64,000 nucleotides of DNA from NCBI GenBank assembly GCA_963828465.1, contig CAWHEU010000020.1, positions 203,635-267,634 of the forward strand. The letters run 5' to 3'. This document shows, one piece after another, positions 50,067 to 58,871 of the stretch; the first letter of the stretch is position 1; every line of letters starts with the position of its first letter. Made by a program: the position numbers and the translations under genes. The notes under the pieces were generated by a model, which worked only from the letters and a program-made list of their open reading frames with translations, searched no databases and was not told the origin of the DNA. Source of the stretch: an uncultured Acidobacteriota bacterium. GTDB lineage: Bacteria > Actinomycetota > Acidimicrobiia > Spongiisociales > ZC4RG35.

Positions 50067-50944
50067 CCGCCCCGGGCCAGGTAGTCGTCGAAATGCGCCC
50101 CTGTGATCCGCTCGTACGCCTCGACGTAACGCGAGCGGGTTCCTTCCACGATGTCGTCAGGCAGCTCGGGTGGGGGCGGGCTGTGGTCCCAGTCGGTTGT
50201 GTCCAGCCACTCCCTCACGTACTGCTTGTCGAAAGAGGGCACATCCTGACCGGGGACCCACTCATCTGCCGGCCAATAGCGCGAAGAGTCGGGAGTGAGG
50301 ACCTCGTCGATGAGGAGGAGTTCGTCACCGGCGAACCCGAACTCGAACTTGGTGTCGGCCAGGATGACGCCCTTCTCCGCGGCGTGCTCCGATGCCCTGA
50401 GGTAGATGTCGACCGACCGCTTCCGCAGCTCTTCGTACAGGTCGTCCCCCAGGAGGGACCGAGTCTCGGACTCGGTGATGTTCTCGTCATGGCCTGTAGT
50501 GGCTTTGGTGGCCGGGGTGAAGATCGGCTCCGGGAGGACGTCGGCCAGCTTCAGGCCGGAAGGAAGGTGCTCGGTGGTGGGTCCGCCGCCGTCCCGGTAC
50601 TCCCGCCACGAAGACCCGTAGAGATATCCCCTGACCACGCACTCGACCGGGATCACTTCGGCCCGGCGCACCACCATGGCCCGGCCCGTCATGTCGTCGA
50701 GCTCTTCTGCACCCAGCCCGTCGACACCCGACAGGTCGGTGGTGACGAGGTGGTTGGGGGTGTCGAGTAGGTCGAAGAAGTGCAGGCTGAGTCCGGCGAG
50801 CACCTTGCCCTTGTCCGGGATGAGCTGGTCGAGGATGACGTCATAGGCCGAGATGCGGTCGGTGGCGACGAAGAGGAGATGGTCGCCGTCGACCTCATAG
50901 ATCTCCCTGACCTTTCCAGATGCGATATGAGGAAGCGCCGGCAC
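50063..50944 (-). CDS. purC: SAICAR synthetase
   Basis: SGKVREIY, DRISAYD, ADTKFEFG, DEVLTPDSSRYW, SFDKQ. Confidence 0.96.
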   Translation of the reverse strand: MPALPHIASGKVREIYEVDGDHLLFVATDRISAYDVILDQLIPDKGKVLAGLSLHFFDLLDTPNHLVTTDLSGVDGLGAEELDDMTGRAMVVRRAEVIPVECVVRGYLYGSSWREYRDGGGPTTEHLPSGLKLADVLPEPIFTPATKATTGHDENITESETRSLLGDDLYEELRKRSVDIYLRASEHAAEKGVILADTKFEFGFAGDELLLIDEVLTPDSSRYWPADEWVPGQDVPSFDKQYVREWLDTTDWDHSPPPPELPDDIVEGTRSRYVEAYERITGAHFDDYLARGG

Positions 50945-50981
50945 GTGGCGGCAGAGTAGTGCACGGCCGAAGCCGGTCGAC

Positions 50982-51123
50982 ACGGACCGCATCTGGTTCG
51001 CGCTGCAGTGCGTTGGCTACGGCCTAACCCTGTGCAACGCGGTCACCGAGCGACGGGCCGCATCTGGTTCGCGCTGCAATGCGTCGCTCTGCGTGCAACG
51101 CTCTGCAGCGCGGTCAGTCGGTG
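50982..51123. repeat. Tandem pair of 71-nt imperfect palindromic (REP-like) units
   Basis: acggRccgcatctggttcgcgctgcaRtgcgt...tgcaRcgcggtca at 50982 and 51053. Confidence 0.7.
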
Positions 51124-51172
51124 TGCCGGAGCGATCGAGCGGAGGCGAAAGGGCGTCACCTAACGTGCCCGC

Positions 51173-51580
51173 ATGCCAGGGTTCTCCCCGTCCCGGGTCG
51201 CCGACCTGCTCGCGGCCGATCCATTCGCCGGCTCACTGGGTGTGGAATTGGTTGGGGTCACCGACGACGAGATCGTGGTCGGGCTGACGGTGCTTCCGCA
51301 CCACGTCAATTTCCTCGGCGTCGGCCACGGCGGCCTGGTCTTTTCCCTTGCGGACTGTGCTTTCTCCCTGGCCTCGAACAACGCGGGAGATCGAGCTGTG
51401 GCCATCGACACCCATCTCGTGCTGACCGCAGCGGCAAAGCCGGGGGACTTGCTCAGGGCATCGGTCGTCGAGACCTCGAGAGGCCGGACTCTCGGCACCT
51501 ATCGGGTCGATGTCAGTCGCGAGGATGGGCGGAAGGTGGCCCTGTTCACCGGGACCGTGCACATCACCTCTTCTGACTGA
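51173..51580 (+). CDS. PaaI family hotdog thioesterase
   Basis: N..G.GHGGLVFSLADCAF. Confidence 0.88.
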   Translation: MPGFSPSRVADLLAADPFAGSLGVELVGVTDDEIVVGLTVLPHHVNFLGVGHGGLVFSLADCAFSLASNNAGDRAVAIDTHLVLTAAAKPGDLLRASVVETSRGRTLGTYRVDVSREDGRKVALFTGTVHITSSD

Positions 51581-51584
51581 GCGC

Positions 51585-52882
51585 CTACAGCTTCAAGTCG
51601 GCAAGCCTGTCGAAGACGATCTGCGCCGATTCGCCAACGCGCTCCAACGAGAAGCAGGCGGCGAGGGAGTCATCCGTGAGCGCGACCAAGGGTTCGGCCG
51701 CCAGCAGCTCCTGCAGCGATTGCCCGGTGTCCCATGCCGTCATTGCGTGAGTCTGGACGATGCGATAGGCCTGGTCACGAGTCATGCCTTGGTCGATGAG
51801 GGCGAGCAGGACCGCTTGACTGAACACCAGACCACGCGTCGATTCGAGATTGGCGATCATCCGATCGGCGTCGACGACCAGGTCTCGGACGAGACCGTTG
51901 AACTTGACCAGCATGTAGTGGAGGGCGATCGAGGCATCGGGCAGCACCACCCTCTCCGCCGAGGAGTGAGAGATGTCCCGCTCATGCCAAAGGGCAACAT
52001 TCTCCAGACCGACCTGGGCGTAGCCCCGGAGGAGCCGGGCCATCCCGGTCATGCGCTCGGAGAGGATCGGGTTCCGCTTGTGGGGCATCGCGGACGAGCC
52101 CTTCTGCGCCTTGCCGAATGCCTCCCTGACCTCCGCCACCTCGGAGCGCTGCAGGTGACGGATCTCGGTGGCCATGCGCTCGATCGAAGCGCCGATGAGA
52201 GCGATCGTCTGCAGGTACTGGGCGTGGCGGTCTCGGGCCGTCACCTGGGTCGAGGCCGGCTCTGACTCCAGGTCGAGGGCATCGCAGACATGACGCTCCA
52301 CCTCGGGCGGGACGTGGGCGTAGGTGCCAACGGCACCCGAGATCTTCCCCACGCACACGGTCGATCGGGCGTCCTGGAGACGGGCGTGATCCCGGGCCAA
52401 CTCGAACGCCCACCCGGCCAGTTTGAGCCCGAAGGTGGTGGGCTCGGCCCAGATTCCATGGGTCCGGCCCACCATATAGGTGCCCGATGCTCCATGGCGC
52501 GGTCCTTGACCGTGTCGAACAGCGCCTCCAGCGCCCCGAGGAGCAGATCGGCTGATTCGGAGAGGATGACCCCCCCGGCGGTGTCGAGCACATCGGATGA
52601 GGTGAGCCCGTAGTGGACCCAGCCGGCCGCATCGGGGCCGGCGGCCTCTCCGAGCAGGTCGACGAATGCGGCCAAATCGTGGTTGGTCACCTGTTCGCGC
52701 TCCGCCACCTTCTCGGGAGTGGGACATGTAGCGGCCCGGGTCGCCTCGGCGGTGCCCTCCGGCACCTTTCCCAGCGTTTGCCAGGCTTCGAGGGCAAGGG
52801 TCTCCACGTCCTTCCACACCTCGAGCTTTCGCTGCTCGGACCAGATCCCGGCCATCTCGGGGAGCGTGTAGCGCTCGATCAC
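51585..52882 (-). CDS. purB: Adenylosuccinate lyase; frameshift near 52485
   Basis: IERYTLPEM, HYGLTSSD, GRTHG, GSSAMPHKRNP. Confidence 0.93.
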
Positions 52883-52914
52883 CTCGGGATGATGGCATGG
52901 CCGAGGACCGGGGT

Positions 52915-52936
52915 TGTCCGCTATCGACATTAGGTT
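52915..52936 (+). promoter_or_regulatory. RecA-NDp-like (PafBC-dependent) promoter
   Basis: TGTCCG-N10-TAGGTT versus mycobacterial TGTCGG-N10-TANNNT; 8 nt before the ATG. Confidence 0.6.
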
Positions 52937-52944
52937 GCCCTGCG

Positions 52945-54126
52945 ATGCGGACGCTCACCATCGACCATGCCCGCCGCTTTGCGTTGGGCGCCCAGGGCTT
53001 TGCCGACCCCCGACCCACGGGGCGGGTCGACGTGCGTCATTTCCGGCGTGTCGTGGACAGGATCGGGCTCGTCCAACTGGACTCGGTCAATGTCTTCAGC
53101 CGCACCCACTACATGCCCTTCTTCTCCCGGCTCGGTGCCTATGACCGCCCTGCCCTCGATGCGTGGCTATGGGGGTCTGGGGAGATGTTCGAGTACTGGG
53201 GACACGAAGCTTCTGTGATCCCGGTCCAGGACCACAACTTGTGGCGATGGAGGATGAACGGCGACTTCAAGTGGGGCAGCATGGAGCGGATCAAGAACGA
53301 GCATCCCGAATATCTCGCTGAGGTGCTCGACCAGGTACGTGAGCGGGGACCGCTGAGGACCGCCGACCTGCATGACCCGGGGGAGCGTTCCGGGTCCTCG
53401 ATGTGGGACTGGCCCAAGGGAAAGGTCGCCCTGGAGGCGCTTTTCCTCGGGGGCCAAATCACAACGGCCCATCGCCCCAACTTCACCCGGATGTATGACC
53501 TGAGCGAGCGGGTCATCCCCGACGAGCATTTCGGTGCGCAGGGTCTGGAGCGGGAGGAGGCTCAATCGATATTGCTTCTTCAGGCGGCGCGCTCGATGGG
53601 CGTGGCCACCGCCGCCGACCTGGCCGACTACCACCGGATCAGGATGCCGGAGGCCCGGCCGCTGATCGAGCGTCTCTCCGAGGAGGAAGAACTGGTCGAG
53701 GTCGAGGTCGAGGGCTGGGGGCGGACGGCGTACCTCCATCCTGAGGCCCGTCTGCCGCGGAAAGTGGAGGGACGAGCCCTGCTCTCGCCGTTCGACAACC
53801 TGGTTTGGTACCGGGATCGGATCGAGCGGCTCTGGGACTTTCAATACCGGATCGAGATCTACGTGCCGGAGCCGAAGCGTGTTTACGGCTACTACGTGCT
53901 CCCGTTCCTCCTCGACGGCGACCTGGTGGCACGCGTCGATCTCAAGACCGACCGCAAGAAGGAGGCACTCCTGGTCAAGGGCGTGTTTGCCGAGGCGGGT
54001 GTCGATCGGGCGCGGGTAGCCCGCGAGCTTCGGGCGGAACTGGAGCTCACCTCCTCCTGGCTCGGTCTGGACGATGTCGTGATCAGCCGCAACGGCGATC
54101 TCGCCGATGCCGTCAGGCCTCTCTGA
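52945..54126 (+). CDS. YcaQ/AlkZ-like winged-helix crosslink-repair DNA glycosylase
   Basis: QLDSVNV (QxD motif), FEYWGHEAS, LLSPFD, YRIEIYVP..KR.YGYY. Confidence 0.88.
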   Translation: MRTLTIDHARRFALGAQGFADPRPTGRVDVRHFRRVVDRIGLVQLDSVNVFSRTHYMPFFSRLGAYDRPALDAWLWGSGEMFEYWGHEASVIPVQDHNLWRWRMNGDFKWGSMERIKNEHPEYLAEVLDQVRERGPLRTADLHDPGERSGSSMWDWPKGKVALEALFLGGQITTAHRPNFTRMYDLSERVIPDEHFGAQGLEREEAQSILLLQAARSMGVATAADLADYHRIRMPEARPLIERLSEEEELVEVEVEGWGRTAYLHPEARLPRKVEGRALLSPFDNLVWYRDRIERLWDFQYRIEIYVPEPKRVYGYYVLPFLLDGDLVARVDLKTDRKKEALLVKGVFAEAGVDRARVARELRAELELTSSWLGLDDVVISRNGDLADAVRPL

Positions 54127-55234
54127 TCCGTTCCACGACTGTCTCCGACTCCTCGAACACTGTCCCGAGGACACCGCCCGGCCGGTGGTTGTCGAAGCCC
54201 ACGAAGAACAGCCCACGGCTGGGACCTTCACCGATCACCTGATGGGGTAATCCCTTCTCATCGAGGGCTTCGTCCCCGGCGCTCAGTATCTCTTCGAGCA
54301 TCGGGCGATAACCGGTGGCGAAGACCACCGTGTCATAGCGCTCCTTCCGACCGTCGGTGAAGACGACGATGTCTGCCTCGAAGTGATCGATCCCCGGGCG
54401 GACTGCGATCAACCCTTTCTTGATCCGGCTCACCGTCCCGACGTCGATCACCGGGGTCTTGCCCTCGACCCGGAGCTGGGCCAGCGGGGCGATCTCCGGG
54501 GTGGCGATTCCATATCCGGTGAGGTCGCCGACGGTGATTCTGCGGAGCAGGGACCCCAGCCAATCTGCGAGACCGGTGGGAAGGTGGGCCAGCATCCGAG
54601 CAGTCAATTGGGTGGGACGGCCCAGGACGTCACGGGGGACGATGTTTATCGGGCCTCGCACGGAGATGGTGGAATCCACCCCCGCCTCGCTGAGGTCGAG
54701 CGCGATCTCGGCGCCGGTGTTGCCCATGCCCACCACCAGCACACTTTGTCCGGCGAAGGGACCCGGCTCCTTGTAATCCCGTGCGTGGATCCGCCGACCG
54801 GCGAACTCGTCCTCTCCCGCATAGCTCGGCCTTTGTGGGACCCGGTTGAGACCGGTTGCGACCACGACGTGATCGGAGGAGATCTCGAGCCCGCCCTGGG
54901 TCCTCGTCAGCCATTTGTCGCTGGTTGGGAGTATCTCCTCGGCCTCCTCGCCGAACAGCGGCTCGATCGAGAAGACGTCGGCGTACCGGGTGTAGTAGTC
55001 CGCCAATTCCTTCCTCGGGACGTATCGGGGGTACTGCTCAGGAAAGTCGAGTCCGGGCAGGTGGGACAGTTGCTTCACCGTGTGCAGGTGGAGACGGTCG
55101 TAGTGACGGTGCCAGGCGTCGCCGACCCGGTCCGACTTCTCGATGACCGCGAACTCGAGACCGGCCTGCCGGAGCCTGCCGGCCACAGCGAGCCCGGCCG
55201 GGCCGGCACCGACGATCAGAGTCGGGGTCTCCAC
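54113..55234 (-). CDS. Flavin-containing monooxygenase (YUCCA/TrkA-like)
   Basis: GAGPAG, WHRHYDRLHLHT, IHARDYK, GMGNTG, FATGY. Confidence 0.88.
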   Translation of the reverse strand: METPTLIVGAGPAGLAVAGRLRQAGLEFAVIEKSDRVGDAWHRHYDRLHLHTVKQLSHLPGLDFPEQYPRYVPRKELADYYTRYADVFSIEPLFGEEAEEILPTSDKWLTRTQGGLEISSDHVVVATGLNRVPQRPSYAGEDEFAGRRIHARDYKEPGPFAGQSVLVVGMGNTGAEIALDLSEAGVDSTISVRGPINIVPRDVLGRPTQLTARMLAHLPTGLADWLGSLLRRITVGDLTGYGIATPEIAPLAQLRVEGKTPVIDVGTVSRIKKGLIAVRPGIDHFEADIVVFTDGRKERYDTVVFATGYRPMLEEILSAGDEALDEKGLPHQVIGEGPSRGLFFVGFDNHRPGGVLGTVFEESETVVERIREA

Positions 55235-55241
55235 CGCCTGG

Positions 55242-56426
55242 TCAGGTGAAGGCGTTGAGGCCGGTGATGGCCTGGCCCATCACAAGCGAGTGGATCTCGT
55301 TGGTGCCCTCGTAGGTGAAGACCGTCTCCAGATTGGCCATGTGACGGATCACCGGGTACTCGAGGGTGATCCCGTTGGCGCCGAGGATCGATCGAGCCGT
55401 GCGGGCCACGTCGAGGGCGTTACGGACATTGTCGAACTTGCCGAAGCTGACCTGCTCGGGGGTGAGGGTCCCCTCGTCCTTCCGCCGTCCGAGATGCAGC
55501 GCAACGAGAGTTCCCCGCTGCACCGCAACCATCATCTCGACCAGTTTTTTTTGGGTCAGCTGGAATGACGCGATTGGCCGCTCGAATTGGTGTCTCTCGA
55601 TCGAGTAGTCGAGGGCCGATTCGTAACACGCCCGGGCCGCACCTATCGCACCAAAGGCGATGCCAAACCTCGCCTCATTGAGGCAGGAGAGAGGCCCACG
55701 CATAGACGACACGCCCGGGAGGACGAAGTCGTCAGGCACTCTGACGTCGTCGAGGATCAGCTCCGAGGTGACCGATGCCCGCAGCGAAGCCTTCTTCTTG
55801 ATCTCGGGCGCCGAGAACCCCGGGGTGTCGGTCGGGATCAGGAACCCGCGGACACCACCGTCGGTGCGAGCCCAGACCACGGCCACGTCGGCGATGGACC
55901 CGTTGGTTATCCACATCTTGGTCCCGTTGATGACCCAGTCGCTCCCGTCCCGGCGGGCGCTTGTCCGCATCGAGGCCGGGTCGGAGCCGGAGTCGGGCTC
56001 GGTGAGACCGAAACAGCCGATCACCTCACCGCTCGCCATCCGGGGGAGCCATGTCTGCTTCTGCTCCTCGGAGCCGAACTTCCAGATCGGGAACATGACG
56101 AGCGAGCCCTGAACGGAAACGAACGATCGGATCCCGGAGTCTCCTGCCTCCAACTCGAGACAGGCGAGCCCGTAGGCCGTGGCGGAGGTTCCTGCACACC
56201 CGTAGCCCTGCAGGTGCATCCCGAGCAGGCCGATGTCGCCGAATGCCTTGGCAAGGGCCTCCTGGGGTAGGACACCTTCATCCCACCAGTCGCCGACATT
56301 GGGGACGATCTCCTTTTGCACGTAGGTCCTGACCGTGTCCCGCAACATGATCTCCTCCTCGGAGAGGAGCGAGTCGATGTCGAGGAAGTCCCGTGGGTCG
56401 GGTCTTTCGAAGGAGATGTCGCTCAT
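55242..56426 (-). CDS. Acyl-CoA dehydrogenase (glutaryl-CoA dehydrogenase-like)
   Basis: DSGIRSFVSVQGSL, FGLTEPDSGSD, KMWITNG, TYEGT. Confidence 0.9.
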   Translation of the reverse strand: MSDISFERPDPRDFLDIDSLLSEEEIMLRDTVRTYVQKEIVPNVGDWWDEGVLPQEALAKAFGDIGLLGMHLQGYGCAGTSATAYGLACLELEAGDSGIRSFVSVQGSLVMFPIWKFGSEEQKQTWLPRMASGEVIGCFGLTEPDSGSDPASMRTSARRDGSDWVINGTKMWITNGSIADVAVVWARTDGGVRGFLIPTDTPGFSAPEIKKKASLRASVTSELILDDVRVPDDFVLPGVSSMRGPLSCLNEARFGIAFGAIGAARACYESALDYSIERHQFERPIASFQLTQKKLVEMMVAVQRGTLVALHLGRRKDEGTLTPEQVSFGKFDNVRNALDVARTARSILGANGITLEYPVIRHMANLETVFTYEGTNEIHSLVMGQAITGLNAFT

Positions 56427-56470
56427 GACTGACGCGATGGTATCCGAGTCGGTGTGGGTGGGCCCTGGGG

Positions 56471-56935
56471 TCAGCCGGCGAGCGTCTTCTCTGCCAGGTC
56501 GGCTCGATAAGGGGCGAGTTTGGCAGTGAGCTCCTCGTCGCCGAGGGCGAGGATGGCGACTGCGAGGAGTGCGGCGTTGGTCGCCCCGTCCACCGCCACC
56601 GTTGCCACCGGGATCCCGGTCGGCATCTGGACGGTGGCGAGGAGGGCGTCCATGCCGTCGAGAGAGGCATTTATGGGGACTCCGATCACCGGGAGCAGCG
56701 ACTTGGCCGCCATGACACCCGCGAGATGCGCGGCTTTTCCCGCCCCGGCGATGATCACCGAGAACCCCTGATCGGAGGCTGTTGTGGCGAACTCGAGCGC
56801 CTGGTCGGGGGTCTTGTGGGCCGAGAGCACCCTGACCTCGCTGGCGATCCCGAAGGAATCGAGGGTCTGGGCGGCCTTCTCCATCACCGGGCGATCGGTC
56901 CCCGAGCCCATGACGATTGCGACTTTGTGACTCAT
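56471..56935 (-). CDS. purE: N5-CAIR mutase / AIR carboxylase
   Basis: [31 protein letters not shown]. Confidence 0.94.
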   Translation of the reverse strand: MSHKVAIVMGSGTDRPVMEKAAQTLDSFGIASEVRVLSAHKTPDQALEFATTASDQGFSVIIAGAGKAAHLAGVMAAKSLLPVIGVPINASLDGMDALLATVQMPTGIPVATVAVDGATNAALLAVAILALGDEELTAKLAPYRADLAEKTLAG

Positions 56936-56969
56936 GAGGGTGCGACGGTAGCGAGGGGGAGCGCAACGG

Positions 56970-57016
56970 CGAACCTCAGCTTCTCCGGCCCGTATCCGGG
57001 TCGTACTAGCTCAGCT
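56970..57016 (-). repeat. 47-nt imperfect palindromic dispersed repeat, copy 2
   Basis: Minus strand agctgagctagtacgacccggatacgggccggagaagctgaggttcg matches 14611-14657. Confidence 0.65.
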
Positions 57017-57055
57017 TTGGGCGGCATCTCACACTTTCCACAACCTCCGCTATCA

Positions 57056-57071
57056 TCGAACACATGTTCGC
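57056..57071 (+). promoter_or_regulatory. LexA (SOS) box
   Basis: TCGAAC-ACAT-GTTCGC, overlapping the -10 element TATCAT and ending 1 nt before the ATG at 57073. Confidence 0.85.
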
Positions 57072-57072
57072 T

Positions 57073-57666
57073 ATGGAACCACTCCAACCATCACTTTTCG
57101 GGGAGAGCGAGCCGGTTCCAGACACGGGTTTCGTCAGTCTGGAGCGTTTCGATCTCGACCCTGAGTCCTGGCTCGACTACGCACCGGGCTTCCTGGTCGG
57201 CGACGCCCGGTTGTACGACGTGCTGACCGAGACGGTGCAGTGGCGTCAACCCGAGGTCCGCATGTACGACCGGATGGTCAAGACGCCGCGTCTCGTCGGT
57301 ACCGTCGATCCCGACGCACATCCGGTCATTCCCGAGATGATCGAGCTGCTCTCGGAGCGTTACCGGATCACGATGGATCAGGTGAGTGCCGGCTGGTACC
57401 GGACCGGCTTCGACTCGGTGGCCTGGCACGGCGACCGCATTGCCCGCGACCTGCCCCATTCCATCGTCGCCACGGTTTCCCTGGGAGGCCCGAGGAGATT
57501 CCTGATCAGACCCCGCGGTGGGGGAGAATCAATGGGCTTCGACCTGGGCAGGGGAGACCTGGTGGTGATGGGAGGTGCTTGTCAGAGGCTGTGGGAGCAC
57601 ACCGTTCCCAAGAGCGCTTCTGCCCCACCCCGCATCGCCCTCATGTTCCGCCATCCCTACGACTGA
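57073..57666 (+). CDS. AlkB-like 2OG-Fe(II) dioxygenase
   Basis: YR.G.DSVAWHGD, VSLGGPRRF, WEHTVPK, RIALMFR. Confidence 0.9.
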   Translation: MEPLQPSLFGESEPVPDTGFVSLERFDLDPESWLDYAPGFLVGDARLYDVLTETVQWRQPEVRMYDRMVKTPRLVGTVDPDAHPVIPEMIELLSERYRITMDQVSAGWYRTGFDSVAWHGDRIARDLPHSIVATVSLGGPRRFLIRPRGGGESMGFDLGRGDLVVMGGACQRLWEHTVPKSASAPPRIALMFRHPYD

Positions 57667-58871
57667 GCGGCGATGTCGGTCCGGAACTGCATGCCCGGGA
57701 ACTTCAACGCCTGGACAGCCTCATAAGCCTTCGCCCGGGCCTCACTCACCGACGAGCCGAGTCCGACCACATTCAGCACCCGGCCCCCGTCAACCAGCAC
57801 CTTCTTCCCCTCCGACCTGGTCCCGGCGTGGAATATCAAGACGTCGTCGGGAACCGCGTCGAGGCCTCGAATCGACGCCCCTTTGACCGGTGACTCCGGG
57901 TACCCCTCGGCGGCGAGCACGACATTCACTGCCGCATCCGTGGACCACTCGGGTGCTGTCCCTTCGAGTAGGTCGACCAGGTCGGAGGTCATGCGGGGCA
58001 GGATGGCCTGGGTTTCGGGGTCGCCGAGTCGAACGTTGAATTCGAGCACCTTGGGGCCCTCGGAAGTGAGGACCAGGCCTACGTAAAGAAAACCCCCGAA
58101 GGGGCTCCCCTCCTCATCCATCTGCTGGAGAGTCGGCTCGACGACGTCGCGCATCGCGTCGTCGGTGAGACCTGCCGGTAGGTCGGCGACCGGCGAATAG
58201 CTTCCCATCCCGCCCGTGTTCGGTCCCTCGTCTCCATCGTGGAGTCGCTTGTAGTCACGCGCCGGAGCCAGCGGCACAGCGCCCGCGTCGGTGCAGACGG
58301 CGAACACGCTCACCTCGGGCCCGTCGAGGAAGTCCTCCACTACGACCGGACCCTCGGCCAGCCACTGCGCCGACCATCTCGTTGCTTCGTCCCTGTTGTC
58401 GGTCACCAGGACACCCTTGCCGGCAGCGAGGCCATCGGCCTTCACGACGAAAGGGCCATCACGACGGGAGAGATACTCGCGGGCCGTGTCGGGATCGTTG
58501 AAGGACTCCGAAGCTGCGGTTGCCACGCCGGCTCGGGTCATGACCTCCTTGGCGAACGTCTTCGACGACTCCAGGCGGGCGGCGGCCCGGGTCGGCCCGA
58601 AGACGGGGATGCCGAGGGTGGCCATCGCATCGACGACGCCGGCAGCGAGAGGCGCTTCTGGGCCTACCACGACCAGGTCCACCGACTGAACCCGGGCCAT
58701 CGCCGCAATCGCCCCGACGTCGGTTACCGAAATCCCGTCCACGACGGCTCCGAGCCGGCTGAGACCCGGGTTGCCGGGAAGGGAGATGAGATCGTCCACC
58801 CGGGGTGACGACGCCAGCTTCCAGCCCAGGGCATGCTCGCGACCCCCACTGCCGACCAAGAGGACTCTCAT
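57657..58871 (-). CDS. purD: Phosphoribosylamine-glycine ligase
   Basis: GSGGREHA, KADGLAAGKGV, GPNTGGMG, EFNVRLGDPE. Confidence 0.96.
   Translation of the reverse strand: MRVLLVGSGGREHALGWKLASSPRVDDLISLPGNPGLSRLGAVVDGISVTDVGAIAAMARVQSVDLVVVGPEAPLAAGVVDAMATLGIPVFGPTRAAARLESSKTFAKEVMTRAGVATAASESFNDPDTAREYLSRRDGPFVVKADGLAAGKGVLVTDNRDEATRWSAQWLAEGPVVVEDFLDGPEVSVFAVCTDAGAVPLAPARDYKRLHDGDEGPNTGGMGSYSPVADLPAGLTDDAMRDVVEPTLQQMDEEGSPFGGFLYVGLVLTSEGPKVLEFNVRLGDPETQAILPRMTSDLVDLLEGTAPEWSTDAAVNVVLAAEGYPESPVKGASIRGLDAVPDDVLIFHAGTRSEGKKVLVDGGRVLNVVGLGSSVSEARAKAYEAVQALKFPGMQFRTDIAAQS

Noticed and set aside
50982-51123. Possible CRISPR array or purine/ZTP riboswitch
   Set aside because: Only two degenerate units, no cas genes, and no riboswitch consensus that I could recognise
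55242-56966. 574-aa ORF spanning purE and the acyl-CoA dehydrogenase
   Set aside because: The N-terminal part is off-frame to purE; the dehydrogenase has its own -10 element and ATG at 56426
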